64,000 bases of DNA from Candidatus Woesearchaeota archaeon (lineage in GTDB: Archaea > Nanobdellota > Nanobdellia > SCGC-AAA011-G17 > ARS1403). Both the position numbers and the translations under genes were made by a program. The notes under the pieces were generated by a model. That model ran no database searches. It saw only the letters and a program-made list of their open reading frames with translations, and was not told the origin of the DNA. The stretch lies in assembly GCA_018302705.1 (NCBI GenBank), contig JAGVZI010000020.1, forward strand, positions 1,081-65,080, given 5' to 3'. Below are positions 38,529 through 47,702 of this stretch, one piece after another. Every line of letters starts with the position of its first letter. Within the stretch, counting starts at the first letter, position 1.

Positions 38529-38963
38529 ATGCCAATTGTAGGATTCCACTTGGAAAAAACACTTGCAGAAAGAACCAAGAAGCTGCAAAAAGGAATGAAA
38601 GCAACCCACAATATCACAATTACATCTATTCAAAATGAAGACATTGAGATGGGGAAATCCACAAAGAAACCAGGTTTAAAATTTAGCTTCGAATACGAAG
38701 TAGATTATCAGCCTAATATAGGCAAAGTATCTATAGAAGGAAGTGTTCTTTATCTTGACGATGAGAAAACAGTAAAAGCCATTCTGGATAACTGGAAAAA
38801 GAACAAAAATGTAAATCAGGAAGTTACTGCTCAAGTCCTAAATACAGCAATTGTCCGTTGCACAATAAAGGCATTAAATATGGCGCAAGAAGTTAATCTC
38901 CCGCCGCACATGCCAATTCCAACAGTAACCCCTAGGGGTAGAGAACAAGATTATATAGGGTAA
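38529..38963 (+). CDS. Conserved archaeal hypothetical protein
   Basis: MPIVGF...EVNLPPHMPIP pattern; ORF track. Confidence 0.7.
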   Translation: MPIVGFHLEKTLAERTKKLQKGMKATHNITITSIQNEDIEMGKSTKKPGLKFSFEYEVDYQPNIGKVSIEGSVLYLDDEKTVKAILDNWKKNKNVNQEVTAQVLNTAIVRCTIKALNMAQEVNLPPHMPIPTVTPRGREQDYIG

Positions 38964-38973
38964 AGAGACCTCT

Positions 38974-39144
38974 TTAAAGGTCCCTACTAGAAACAGTTTT
39001 TCTGTTATTTGCCTTTGCTCTTTCAGCAGCTTTCTTTATCAAGCCAACAACATCACGGCTTAAAGCTTCTGCAAAATCACCAGAGACATTGCATCCCTGA
39101 GCGTGCTCTTTTATTCTAGACCTTACAACAATCGTATCAGCCAT
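38974..39144 (-). CDS. Histone-fold protein, 56 aa (absent from ORF track)
   Basis: MADTIVVRSRIKEHAQGCNVSGDFAEALSRDVVGLIKKAAERAKANNRKTVSSRDL*; RKTV-x2-RDL histone-fold end; GGAGTG RBS. Confidence 0.85.
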   Translation of the reverse strand: MADTIVVRSRIKEHAQGCNVSGDFAEALSRDVVGLIKKAAERAKANNRKTVSSRDL

Positions 39145-39261
39145 TTTTTCACACTCCTATTATTTTTTATATTTTATTAAACTAGAGTCAACTAGCCATA
39201 TTTATAAAATTTGTGGTTCCAAGCCCCACAAACCCAAAATTCTGCATTTGGCTATTATTTT

Positions 39262-39353
39262 AAACAAACCAACAAACAATTCAACACAACTTCAACACTT
39301 AAACACATAAAAATATATAAAGTTCAACACATAACTTTAAAACTTCAACACAT
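39262..39353 (+). repeat. Short A/C-rich direct repeats upstream of wHTH gene
   Basis: AAACAAACCAACAAACAA plus several (T)TCAACAC/AAACAC units. Confidence 0.6.
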
Positions 39354-39372
39354 CCGCTACTACTTGAAAAAA

Positions 39373-39942
39373 ATGAATCCAGATGAAATATTCAAGGAAA
39401 ACGTAATTAATTCTTTTAAAAAAGCCCGTAAAGACATGCTAGAGCTACAAAATTCACTGGTTTCACTAAAACAAGAGATTGACCAATTAAGAGCCAATTT
39501 AGAGCCTAAAAGTTCCACAGGAAATGAAGGGGTCTTCAACAAACAAACAAACCAACAAACAAACAAACAATTAAACAAACAAACAATTATTCAACAATCA
39601 AACACACTATCAAAGCTAAACGAGGACCTCGAAGCCCATTTTAATACCCTCACAAAGCAGGAGTTCCTGGTTTTCCTCTCACTTTACCAGTTAGAAGAAG
39701 AGTTAAGCACAGTTAAGTTCTCAGATCTAGCCAACCATTTAAACCTCTCAGAAAGCTCTATCCGTGGCTATATCAACCGTTTAATCCAAAAAGGCTCTCC
39801 AATTCTCAGAAAAAGAGTCAATAACAAGGTAATTAACCTCTCACTTTCATCGGATTTTCGTAATTTAAACCTAAAAAAGCGCCTCACAGACATCTATTAT
39901 CAATCAGATGCCTCTCAGAAACGGCTTTTTGATAGGTATTAA
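39373..39942 (+). CDS. Coiled-coil + wHTH protein with internal Q/T/N/K repeat
   Basis: Likely start MNPDEIF; LTKQEFLVFLSLY...SDLANHLNLSESSIRGYINRLIQKG HTH. Confidence 0.8.
   Translation: MNPDEIFKENVINSFKKARKDMLELQNSLVSLKQEIDQLRANLEPKSSTGNEGVFNKQTNQQTNKQLNKQTIIQQSNTLSKLNEDLEAHFNTLTKQEFLVFLSLYQLEEELSTVKFSDLANHLNLSESSIRGYINRLIQKGSPILRKRVNNKVINLSLSSDFRNLNLKKRLTDIYYQSDASQKRLFDRY
39512..39533 (+). promoter_or_regulatory. ORB-like (Orc1/Cdc6 box) sequence inside CDS
   Basis: GTTCCACAGGAAATGAAGGGGT resembles the euryarchaeal ORB pattern TTCCA-n-n-GGAAA-n-n-AAGGGG. Confidence 0.55.
39539..39588 (+). repeat. (CAAA)n-type microsatellite in CDS
   Basis: acaaacaaacaaaccaacaaacaaacaaacaattaaacaaacaaacaatt encodes KQTNQQTNKQLNKQT. 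Confidence 0.8.
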
Positions 39943-40032
39943 TCCTTTATAGCTACGTCCACTATCCCCCCTCACTCATATTCTCTTTATTTTTCTCTCC
40001 CCCTCTCATTAATCAGTTTTTTAGATAATCCG

Positions 40033-40156
40033 ATTTTGAAATATTTTGGAAGTATTTTGAAATATATTGGAGCATGCAATTACTCTTTTTTCCGAAAAGG
40101 GTCATCCGTCTTCGTCCGTAGTGTCCGTAGGAACATCCTACAACATCCTACGACAC
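40033..40156 (+). repeat. Roughly 10-bp periodic direct repeats upstream of second wHTH gene
   Basis: ATTTTGAAAT/ATTTTGGAAGT units at 40033-40070; TCCGT x3 and AACATCCTAC x2 at 40103-40151. Confidence 0.6.
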
Positions 40157-40208
40157 TTTAAAGTATGAAGAAAAATTTATAAATAAAAGGGTATTTCACA
40201 GATACAAG

Positions 40209-40814
40209 ATGCTTAAATGGTTGTTTAAAAAACATTTTAAGGAAGAGTTAAATTCTCATTTTGACAAATTGCATTTAAACTTATCTAGGGCATTTCTGAA
40301 CATCAAGGATGATATAAATAGCATCCACAAGCATCTGAATGAAAAGAGTTCAAAACTATATGAGGTCGAAAAAAGATTAATCGCTCTAGAACACAGGTTG
40401 GAGTATTCTTCAGAACAGGGGTTGGGGAAAGGAAGGATTGCACAAATAGCGCAAAGAGGAGAGATTGAACTGGAGGATGAAAGTCAAGGTGAGATCTCAT
40501 TAATTGAGCATTCTGGTTTGACAGAAACCCAAAAAATAATTCTAGTGGCAATTTACGAGCTTGAAAAGCAGCACAACAGCCCGATATCTTTTAAGTCTCT
40601 TGCAACCTTTCTTTATCCAGGGAAAAATTATAGCTCAATAAGGACAACCATCTCAGATTACCTAGACATCCTGGCAACCTACGGTTTTGTTAAAAAAGAG
40701 AAGGTGAAAAGGGAAACCATTACAATCACCACAAAAAAGGGCAAAGAATTAGCTAAAGAAGTATTAAAACAGAAAAAACAAAGGGAAAGAAGAAAAGTAA
40801 CAGAAGAGATTTAA
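40209..40814 (+). CDS. Coiled-coil + wHTH protein
   Basis: Same architecture as 39373 gene; LTETQKIILVAIYEL...SFKSLATFLY...SIRTTISDYLDIL. Confidence 0.75.
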   Translation: MLKWLFKKHFKEELNSHFDKLHLNLSRAFLNIKDDINSIHKHLNEKSSKLYEVEKRLIALEHRLEYSSEQGLGKGRIAQIAQRGEIELEDESQGEISLIEHSGLTETQKIILVAIYELEKQHNSPISFKSLATFLYPGKNYSSIRTTISDYLDILATYGFVKKEKVKRETITITTKKGKELAKEVLKQKKQRERRKVTEEI

Positions 40815-40959
40815 ATTAATTATCAAAGATTAATAAAATCTATTAAATGTTTTAATCAAAGACTAAAACATTTTATCTTAAAACCTCCTCTCAAAAACTA
40901 AAATATTTAAGAATTTAGCCACAACAAGCTATATAAACCCGCTTTACCCAAAAAGAGCT

Positions 40960-41169
40960 ATGAAAACAGAAAAAAGTATCAAAAAGGTTGGATCAATATG
41001 GGGATTAATAACATTAGTCCTCGCTAAATTAGTAGCCCCGATGCCTACAACAAACAGATGGCTATATAAAATGGGTGAATCTACTAGCAACCTGAGAAAT
41101 TATGGGTTCTCGAACTTAGATTTGAACAGATTAGATAGGTCATTATTGTACTCTTTAACAAGTTATTAA
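40960..41169 (+). CDS. Small hypothetical protein
   Basis: ORF track; TATA-like element upstream. Confidence 0.4.
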   Translation: MKTEKSIKKVGSIWGLITLVLAKLVAPMPTTNRWLYKMGESTSNLRNYGFSNLDLNRLDRSLLYSLTSY

Positions 41170-41369
41170 AAACCTGGTTTTTAGCAAGTTTATCCATAAT
41201 ATCCATGATTAGCGGTTTTTAGATTAAATTAAAAATTTTAACAGCAGAATATTACGAGCAAAACTTAAAATTTTTTAGAAAATCATTCTTATTCTAGCAC
41301 AAATACCCATCCAATTTGAAATAAGTTTCAGCCAAAAAGTTTAAAAATAGTAAAAGTAAAGAAAAAAGG

Positions 41370-41735
41370 ATGAAACATTCAATTGAAGATATAGGAACCC
41401 TAGTTGAAATGGGTATAAACAAGCAACAAGCCTTAGCTACTCTGGCTTTATTTCCAGATTTAGATGATGCCATGCTTGTAATTAACGCATATAGGCATCC
41501 GCCAGAAGGATTTAAAAGATATGTTGGAGATTATTCTAATTATTTAGCTACATTAAGGGATGCTTCTAGGGGGGTTACAGGAGACAGAACCGCTCACGAT
41601 CAAGAAGTAGCAGAAAGAACAGCTATGGTCCCAGAAGAGGTATTAACTAGATCCGCCTATAGGAAGGATAAGCCATCTAGCTCAAGCCATTATTGGGAAC
41701 ACGAAACTACAAGGCAACTTGATTTAGGTTCTTAA
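41370..41735 (+). CDS. Hypothetical protein
   Basis: ORF track. Confidence 0.55.
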   Translation: MKHSIEDIGTLVEMGINKQQALATLALFPDLDDAMLVINAYRHPPEGFKRYVGDYSNYLATLRDASRGVTGDRTAHDQEVAERTAMVPEEVLTRSAYRKDKPSSSSHYWEHETTRQLDLGS

Positions 41736-41935
41736 AAGTTTCTATCTTTTCTTATTTATTTTGTTTTAACTAAAATTACCCTAAAAATGTAACACTCTTC
41801 CTAATCTATTGAATAAAAGGTTACAAAACATGCCAAAAACATAATATATCTACCAACTATAACCTAAATTTAGAATTTTGCCACTACAAGCCTTATACAC
41901 AAACTATATAAACTAATTCGTCTAATGCTAATTAG

Positions 41936-42784
41936 ATGAAAAATGAAGAGGTGTTGGAAAAAGTTGAAAGAGAGTTGAAATTATTAGGTCATAGTCCAAG
42001 AACTATAAATTCCTACTTAACTTATCTAAATGAATTATTCAAATTTACTGGGAAAATACACTCAAGAATCCTGTTCGAAGATATTAAGAAATTCTTAGAG
42101 CATTTAAGCATCGAAAAAAACTACTCTGGATCTAGTTTAAACCTTGCAAGGTCTGCAATCTCTTTCTATTATGAAAAAATGTTGGAAAAATACACAGTTA
42201 GCAAGATAAGAGTTAAGAAAGTGGGCAAAAAACTCCCAAATGTGCTAACAAAACAAGAAGTAAAAAGAATAATCGATGCAGCTTCCAATTTAAGGGATAA
42301 ATTAATCATTCAAATGATGTATTCTTGCGGCCTAAGAGTTTCTGAAGCTGTAAACATAAAGTTAGAAGATTTAGATACCTCTAGACTAACAGGAATAGTA
42401 AGGTCTGGGAAAGGAAATAAAGATAGGGTAATACAATTAAATCCTCCTTTAGTAAACAGTATAGAATCTTATGTTAAAACTAAAAAATTACCTTCTATGT
42501 TCTTGTTTTCTAAATCAAATGGAACCCCCTATACTATTAGGACCTTTCAGATAATAATAAAAAAATTAGCGGAAAAGGCGGGAATAACAAAAAGAGTTCA
42601 TTCTCACATATTTAGACACGCATTTGGTACCCATTTAGTTGAAAAGGGGATAGATATAGTAAGAGTTCAAGGGATGATGGGGCACTCAAATTTAGAAACT
42701 ACAAAATTATACATAAACTTATCAAAAGAACAGTTTAAAGGCGTTGGAAACCTTTTAGATGATTTGGATAAAGATGAAAACTGA
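41936..42784 (+). CDS. xerA: Tyrosine recombinase, XerA/XerD-like
   Basis: N-terminal SAM-like domain; catalytic R (GLRVSE), K (GKGNKDR), HxxR (HIFRH), GH and Y (TTKLY) all present. Confidence 0.9.
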   Translation: MKNEEVLEKVERELKLLGHSPRTINSYLTYLNELFKFTGKIHSRILFEDIKKFLEHLSIEKNYSGSSLNLARSAISFYYEKMLEKYTVSKIRVKKVGKKLPNVLTKQEVKRIIDAASNLRDKLIIQMMYSCGLRVSEAVNIKLEDLDTSRLTGIVRSGKGNKDRVIQLNPPLVNSIESYVKTKKLPSMFLFSKSNGTPYTIRTFQIIIKKLAEKAGITKRVHSHIFRHAFGTHLVEKGIDIVRVQGMMGHSNLETTKLYINLSKEQFKGVGNLLDDLDKDEN

Positions 42785-43289
42785 AAATATTATTTGTGCA
42801 TATGAATATGAAATTATAGATTGGATTAAAGAAAATTATAAGTTAATAGGTTATGATAAGCTATTAGAAGAAAATAAAAATAAAATCCCAGATTTAGTTA
42901 TGTTAAAAAATGGTAAAAAGGCAAACGTAGAAGTTGAAATTTACTCTAGTTCATTTGTTAAACATAAACATAATCCTAGTAAAATAGATGAAGTTCTTTG
43001 CTTAATCAATGATTCTAAACTGTCTATAAAAACGATTAAAATCAAACAACTTAAATTATGGTATCATTTACAAGGAAATGAGCTAGTTGACTTTTTTAAA
43101 GCCCTGCCAGATACCAATTTAATAGACCACAGATGCAATCAAACAATTTATCATCACCAAAAGGAATGGCTCAATCTTTCCGAAAAAGAGGAAAGAAGAA
43201 TTAGAGAAAATTTGGAAGCACAATCAAGATTTCTAAATACTGGAGATCCAAAGGAATTGAAAGAAAAAGCGGGTGATGTTTTTGACTAA
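42774..43289 (+). CDS. Putative PD-(D/E)xK-like nuclease
   Basis: IPDLVMLKNGKKANVEVE motif; overlaps xerA stop. Confidence 0.5.
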   Translation: MKTENIICAYEYEIIDWIKENYKLIGYDKLLEENKNKIPDLVMLKNGKKANVEVEIYSSSFVKHKHNPSKIDEVLCLINDSKLSIKTIKIKQLKLWYHLQGNELVDFFKALPDTNLIDHRCNQTIYHHQKEWLNLSEKEERRIRENLEAQSRFLNTGDPKELKEKAGDVFD

Positions 43290-43734
43290 AGCAATGAATA
43301 TTTCATCAGAAACTAGTAGGTGTAAAAGATGCAATAAGATAAAGAAATTCCATGCAAAAGGGTTGTGTAATGTTTGTTATAAGAATTATGGAACAAGATT
43401 AATCATCTGTAAACAATGTAAAGAAAAAAAGAATCATATGGCAAAGGGCTATTGTGGAAATTGTTATAGGAAACGATTCTATTATGATAACACTAAAGCA
43501 AGCAACTTAAGGAGGTATTATGGAGATCTTTCTTTAGAACGATGGAAGGAGATCACTAAAGAATGTGTTTCTTGTAGTTTTAACAAAATTGTTGATGTAC
43601 ATCATATTGATGAAAATAATAAAAATAATTCTAAGAGTAATTTAATTGGTTTATGTCCAAATTGTCATAAATTAATCCATATGGGCCAATATAGGCAGGA
43701 GATAATTAGCAATCTAATACGCCAAAGGATATAA
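43273..43734 (+). CDS. HNH endonuclease with N-terminal Zn-finger repeats
   Basis: Two C-x2-C...AKG-x-C-x2-CY units; CVSC...VHHIDEN...NLIGLCPNCHKLIH. Confidence 0.85.
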   Translation: MMFLTKAMNISSETSRCKRCNKIKKFHAKGLCNVCYKNYGTRLIICKQCKEKKNHMAKGYCGNCYRKRFYYDNTKASNLRRYYGDLSLERWKEITKECVSCSFNKIVDVHHIDENNKNNSKSNLIGLCPNCHKLIHMGQYRQEIISNLIRQRI

Positions 43735-43800
43735 CTTTCAAACTCCGGGACAAAAAACATTGAAAGCTATGGGCACTAACAGACAAAATAACGCCGAACA

Positions 43801-43929
43801 TTGATTATAGACGCTTATGATTTAAGAGTTATCCAAGAATTGTTAGCTCATGAAAATTTAGAAACTACACAAATTTACACAAAAGTTTCAACAAAAACAT
43901 TGAAAGGGGTAAAAAGCCCAAGAGATTAA
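43801..43929 (+). pseudogene. C-terminal fragment of a tyrosine recombinase
   Basis: Manual translation [42 protein letters not shown]. Confidence 0.8.
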
Positions 43930-43940
43930 AAATGAAAGAA

Positions 43941-44267
43941 TTATCTATTTCTCCAATTTACATCATGCTTAGTATAAATGTTTGGAACATTTCTTCTTAA
44001 CCATATCATAAATGCTATTATCCCTATAATTAAAAATACAACCAATGCAAATAGAATCCACATTCTAAACTCGGTGATATTATTTCCAAAAAGACTATCA
44101 CTAAAAAACGCTCTCATTAAAATTACTCCAATTAAGATACTTCCACCAGCAGAGATTATAGGATGCCTTCTACAAAACCAATTTAATTTTTGAAAAGTAG
44201 ATGGTTTCCTGAAATGGGTTTTATTATGGAATTTTCTTCTATGTCTTCCATGCCCTCTAACCCTACT
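43941..44267 (-). pseudogene. Start-less membrane-protein reading frame
   Basis: About 108 open codons (...HPIISAGGSILIGVILMRAFF...MWILFALVVFLIIGIIAFMIWLRR...*) with no upstream in-frame start. Confidence 0.35.
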
Positions 44268-44330
44268 AAATCATATGTTTCCAAAGCTTAAAAATTAACT
44301 ATACCTCGTTAATGTTACAATACAGGGGCA

Positions 44331-44396
44331 TTAGCATAGCTTTATAAATAATTTTGGAAGATTAAATCCTTAGCATAGTTTACTTAGCATAGTTTA
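44331..44396 (+). repeat. TTAGCATAG repeats in the leader of the CxxC-x17-CxxC gene
   Basis: CTTAGCATAGTTTA tandem at 44369-44382 and 44383-44396; third core at 44331-44339. Confidence 0.75.
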
Positions 44397-44408
44397 AGTA
44401 GGTATAAA

Positions 44409-44744
44409 ATGAAAGAATTTAATCCAGATGATTACGAAAACACTGGCAGAAGAAATTCTGGAAGAGCGGGTAGAAGAAAGCCAAGCAGAAGAAATTCTGA
44501 TCGAAAGGATTTCAGGCCTAGGTTCTCAGAAGATCGGTCAATGCATAAAGCAACATGTGATTCATGCGGCGAAAGCTGTGAAGTTCCTTTCAAACCAACC
44601 AAAGGCAAGCCAATTTACTGTGATGCATGTTTTAAAAAGAATAAGAATTCCGGGCCCGAGAACAGGACTAATCAATCTTCAAGGGAGTTAGCTCAAATAA
44701 ATGAAAAACTCGACAGGATATTAGAGGCATTAAAGGTAAATTAA
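44409..44744 (+). CDS. CxxC-x17-CxxC domain protein
   Basis: MHKATCDSCGESCEVPFKPTKGKPIYCDACF with Arg-rich N-terminus. Confidence 0.9.
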   Translation: MKEFNPDDYENTGRRNSGRAGRRKPSRRNSDRKDFRPRFSEDRSMHKATCDSCGESCEVPFKPTKGKPIYCDACFKKNKNSGPENRTNQSSRELAQINEKLDRILEALKVN

Positions 44745-44791
44745 ATTTTGTATAAAAACCCTTAAAAACCGTTTATTCTTAAATATTTCAG

Positions 44792-45457
44792 GTGATAAGG
44801 AGTCCAAAAACGAAACCGATCAAATTATCTTCAAGCAGTATAAACCTATTCTTAGAATGTCCAAGATGCTTCTATCTGCAAATTGTTAAAGGAATTAAAC
44901 GACCTCAAGGACCTTTCCCCTCTTTGCCTTCAGGAATGGATAAAATATTGAAAGAGCATTTTGACAGGTTTATGGAAAAAGATGAATTGCCTCCAGAGAT
45001 AAAAGGAAAATGCGAAGGCTGCAAATTATTTTTTGATAAAAAACTGCTTGAAATCTGGAGAAATAACAGGAAAGGAATTGAATATACTGATCCTAAAACA
45101 GGAATCTTATTGCATGGAGCTATTGACAATCTTTTAGTTAAAGATGGAAAATTAATTGTCCTAGATTATAAAACAAGGGGCTTTCCAGTTAAAGAAGATA
45201 CTCATGAGGATTATCAATCTCAAATGGATCTTTATAACTTTTTGTTAAATAAAAATGGATATGAAACAGAAAATTATACTTATTTATTATTTTATTATCC
45301 TAAAGAAGTCTTAGAAACTGGAGAAGTTATTTTTGATACAGAACTTGTTAAAATGAAGATCAATGTAAAAGATGGAGAAAAAGCTTTTAATGATGCTGTT
45401 GCTTTGATTAAAGGAGAAGAGCCAGAAGAAAAGTGTGAGTGGTGTGAGGGGAAGTGA
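44792..45457 (+). CDS. PD-(D/E)xK nuclease (Cas4/RecB-like)
   Basis: LSSSSINLFLECPRCFY, GAID, LDYKT, QMDLY, C-terminal CEWC. Confidence 0.85.
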   Translation: MIRSPKTKPIKLSSSSINLFLECPRCFYLQIVKGIKRPQGPFPSLPSGMDKILKEHFDRFMEKDELPPEIKGKCEGCKLFFDKKLLEIWRNNRKGIEYTDPKTGILLHGAIDNLLVKDGKLIVLDYKTRGFPVKEDTHEDYQSQMDLYNFLLNKNGYETENYTYLLFYYPKEVLETGEVIFDTELVKMKINVKDGEKAFNDAVALIKGEEPEEKCEWCEGK

Positions 45458-45532
45458 GATAGACATCAAAACAAATCTTCATGAACTAAAAGAAAAAAAA
45501 TAAGAAAATTCTGCTCACAAACTTATTATAAG

Positions 45533-45844
45533 TTAAAAAATTTTCGTTTTCTCAATCTCTTCTTCGGGATTAAGAGGTTTATAGTCATTAAAATGTTTAA
45601 TGCAAAATTCAATTAATTTATTTGCTAATATCAAGTTTTTATCCACTTCATCCCTTCTTGTTTTACTATCAGCCTTAAACAAATAAATATCTAATAATTC
45701 ATGGTCGTCTGTATAAATCTCCCAATTATTTCTATTCAGAAGAGCTAAAGTTTGTCCATCAGAATTAACATAATCAATATAGTGAGTTTTGTTTTTATGT
45801 TTAACTTCAAATGTTTTTTGAATCGTTGTTTGTTCAATTTTCAT
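45533..45844 (-). CDS. Hypothetical protein
   Basis: ORF track. Confidence 0.55.
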   Translation of the reverse strand: MKIEQTTIQKTFEVKHKNKTHYIDYVNSDGQTLALLNRNNWEIYTDDHELLDIYLFKADSKTRRDEVDKNLILANKLIEFCIKHFNDYKPLNPEEEIEKTKIF

Positions 45845-45922
45845 AAAATAAATAAACCAAGGGGATATTTAAAGATGATCATAAAAACACTTAAAAACAA
45901 GCATCTTTATTCAATTATCAAG

Positions 45923-46759
45923 ATGGAATACAAGCCCTACTGTAAGAAAATTGATAGATCAATGATGGATTGGGGGTTCACAATCCCTAAAAATTATGTA
46001 AAAGATTTTGAAGCCGAAATCAGCCTAGATCCTGGAAAATCACGTAGAATCGAGATCCTTTGGGAGAAGAAGAGGTATCCTGCAAAGTTATGTAATGTTA
46101 AAAGGAAGGATTATCCAAAGGTCTATCAATTGAGATGGGATAATAGTCAAGGATTCCTCAATAAATTAAGAAAGACATTTATACAAAGCTATATTGTCTT
46201 CAAAAGCCAAAAGGAATTATTTGATACTCAAAAAAGAGAAGGGCATTTCAGAACAAAAGAGCATCAAGAAGCAATTGTTTTTTCTCCTGTAAATTCTGAA
46301 TTAATACACGCAGAGACTTTCATTAGGGTTGAAAATGAATGGAACTCATTATTTAGGAGGTTAACAGAAGAGAACGTATTTGGATGGATTTTTGATAAAA
46401 ATAAAAAATATTTAATCTCTAGAAGTACAAACTGGATTAAAGCTAGTGAATTTAAGGAACATATTAATGCTACAAATGTAATTTATTATTTAGCAAATAC
46501 AAAAAAAGGATTGATATATGTTGGGAAAGCCGGGGTTTTAGGAAAGAGAGTTAAACCAAAGAAAAGCCACCAAGACATGCCCGACGATTGGGATCTTTTT
46601 AAATATGATATAATAAAACCAGAATATTGTAATCTTTTAGGGAGAATAGAAGATCACACAATTAGGACTCTTGCCGCAATACTAGAGAATGATAAAGGTT
46701 ATCCAACATTGAAGCTCCAAGGGTATAAATTAGTAAATAAAAATTGGAAAAAATTATAA
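45923..46759 (+). CDS. Protein with C-terminal GIY-YIG-like nuclease domain
   Basis: Likely start MEYKPYCKKIDRS; VIYYL...LIYVGKA...R...E motif. Confidence 0.6.
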   Translation: MEYKPYCKKIDRSMMDWGFTIPKNYVKDFEAEISLDPGKSRRIEILWEKKRYPAKLCNVKRKDYPKVYQLRWDNSQGFLNKLRKTFIQSYIVFKSQKELFDTQKREGHFRTKEHQEAIVFSPVNSELIHAETFIRVENEWNSLFRRLTEENVFGWIFDKNKKYLISRSTNWIKASEFKEHINATNVIYYLANTKKGLIYVGKAGVLGKRVKPKKSHQDMPDDWDLFKYDIIKPEYCNLLGRIEDHTIRTLAAILENDKGYPTLKLQGYKLVNKNWKKL

Positions 46760-46824
46760 GTAATATATGATAATGAAAAGAAAAACAGAGATTAAGTCGG
46801 CAGATCAAAAAGATAATGGAAAAT

Positions 46825-46971
46825 TTATTTCGTTCTGGGAAGAAATGAAGAAAAAAAGAAAAGAGCAAGGAAAATAGTTTTTTTAAAGTCAGAGCTGCTC
46901 AGAACCTCAACACTCTTCTGCGTTAATCTCTCTCCAGGCCTGTCAAACCAAGGCAAGTCTTTGATTTTCAT
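46825..46971 (-). pseudogene. radC: RadC (JAB/MPN) N-terminal fragment
   Basis: MKIKDLPWFDRPGERLTQKSVEVLSSSD matches the RadC N-terminus, then decays into low-complexity sequence. Confidence 0.7.
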
Positions 46972-47023
46972 TAAGAAAAGAAAAATAAATGAACGCTTTT
47001 TTAATATCATATCCTAAATATTT

Positions 47024-47230
47024 TTATTCCTTATTGAATCCAAGCATCCTCATTATTCTTCGTTCTAAGTTTTCCTCGGGGTTTTCTGGGGCATAAATTC
47101 TAATTCGCTCATGACCATCTACTTCCACCCCATGTACTTGCCTTTTTGTAGAGCCTCTCTCGCTGATTACAACGCCAATATGCCTTCCATCCGGCAAAGT
47201 ATACTCATAAGCATATTCCATGTCGCCCAA
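47024..47230 (-). CDS. Small hypothetical protein
   Basis: ORF track. Confidence 0.45.
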   Translation of the reverse strand: MGDMEYAYEYTLPDGRHIGVVISERGSTKRQVHGVEVDGHERIRIYAPENPEENLERRIMRMLGFNKE

Positions 47231-47317
47231 CCACAGGCTTCTTATATATAAAACTATCTTGGATTATTATCTTAGTTTGTCAAAAATTTTTTAAATCTGT
47301 ATGTTTATAATCATGGC

Positions 47318-47653
47318 ATGCATAAACCATTGGAGTTCATTTTGGAAGCAACATCCATGAACACAGGGAAAGTATCAGAAGGGAGGTTGCTAATCGCTGT
47401 TAGAGTAACATCTGTAAAATCCTTGAACCCAGAATGCTGTGATGGGTACATAGAAAGTCTAAGAAAACTTTATGAGTTAAGGGCGATAAACCCCCCTGAA
47501 TCATTTACCCCCAGATATGGGAGCAGGTTAAAAGTTTATGTTAGTATCACTCAAAGCGCAAACCTTCCAAAGGGGATATTCTATCCCCGCAAGATGGAGC
47601 TCCTGGATGAAAGTGGGAGGATCCTGTCTGTCTATGAAGAATGCTCGTTATAA
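47318..47653 (+). CDS. Hypothetical protein
   Basis: ORF track. Confidence 0.5.
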   Translation: MHKPLEFILEATSMNTGKVSEGRLLIAVRVTSVKSLNPECCDGYIESLRKLYELRAINPPESFTPRYGSRLKVYVSITQSANLPKGIFYPRKMELLDESGRILSVYEECSL

Positions 47654-47702
47654 AAACTTAAAAAGATAATATTTTGAAATTTTTCTAAAAAGAAAAAAAT
47701 GG

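Noticed and set aside
39211-39372. N-terminal extension of the wHTH ORF
   Set aside because: TTG start running through a repeat/promoter region; ATG 39373 is more plausible.
44325-44400. tRNA-like start GGGGCATTAGCATAG
   Set aside because: No cloverleaf or T-arm follows; better explained as a leader repeat. No tRNA or rRNA gene was recognised in the window.
44792-45457. CRISPR-Cas locus suggested by the Cas4-like nuclease
   Set aside because: No repeat-spacer array or other cas genes in the window.
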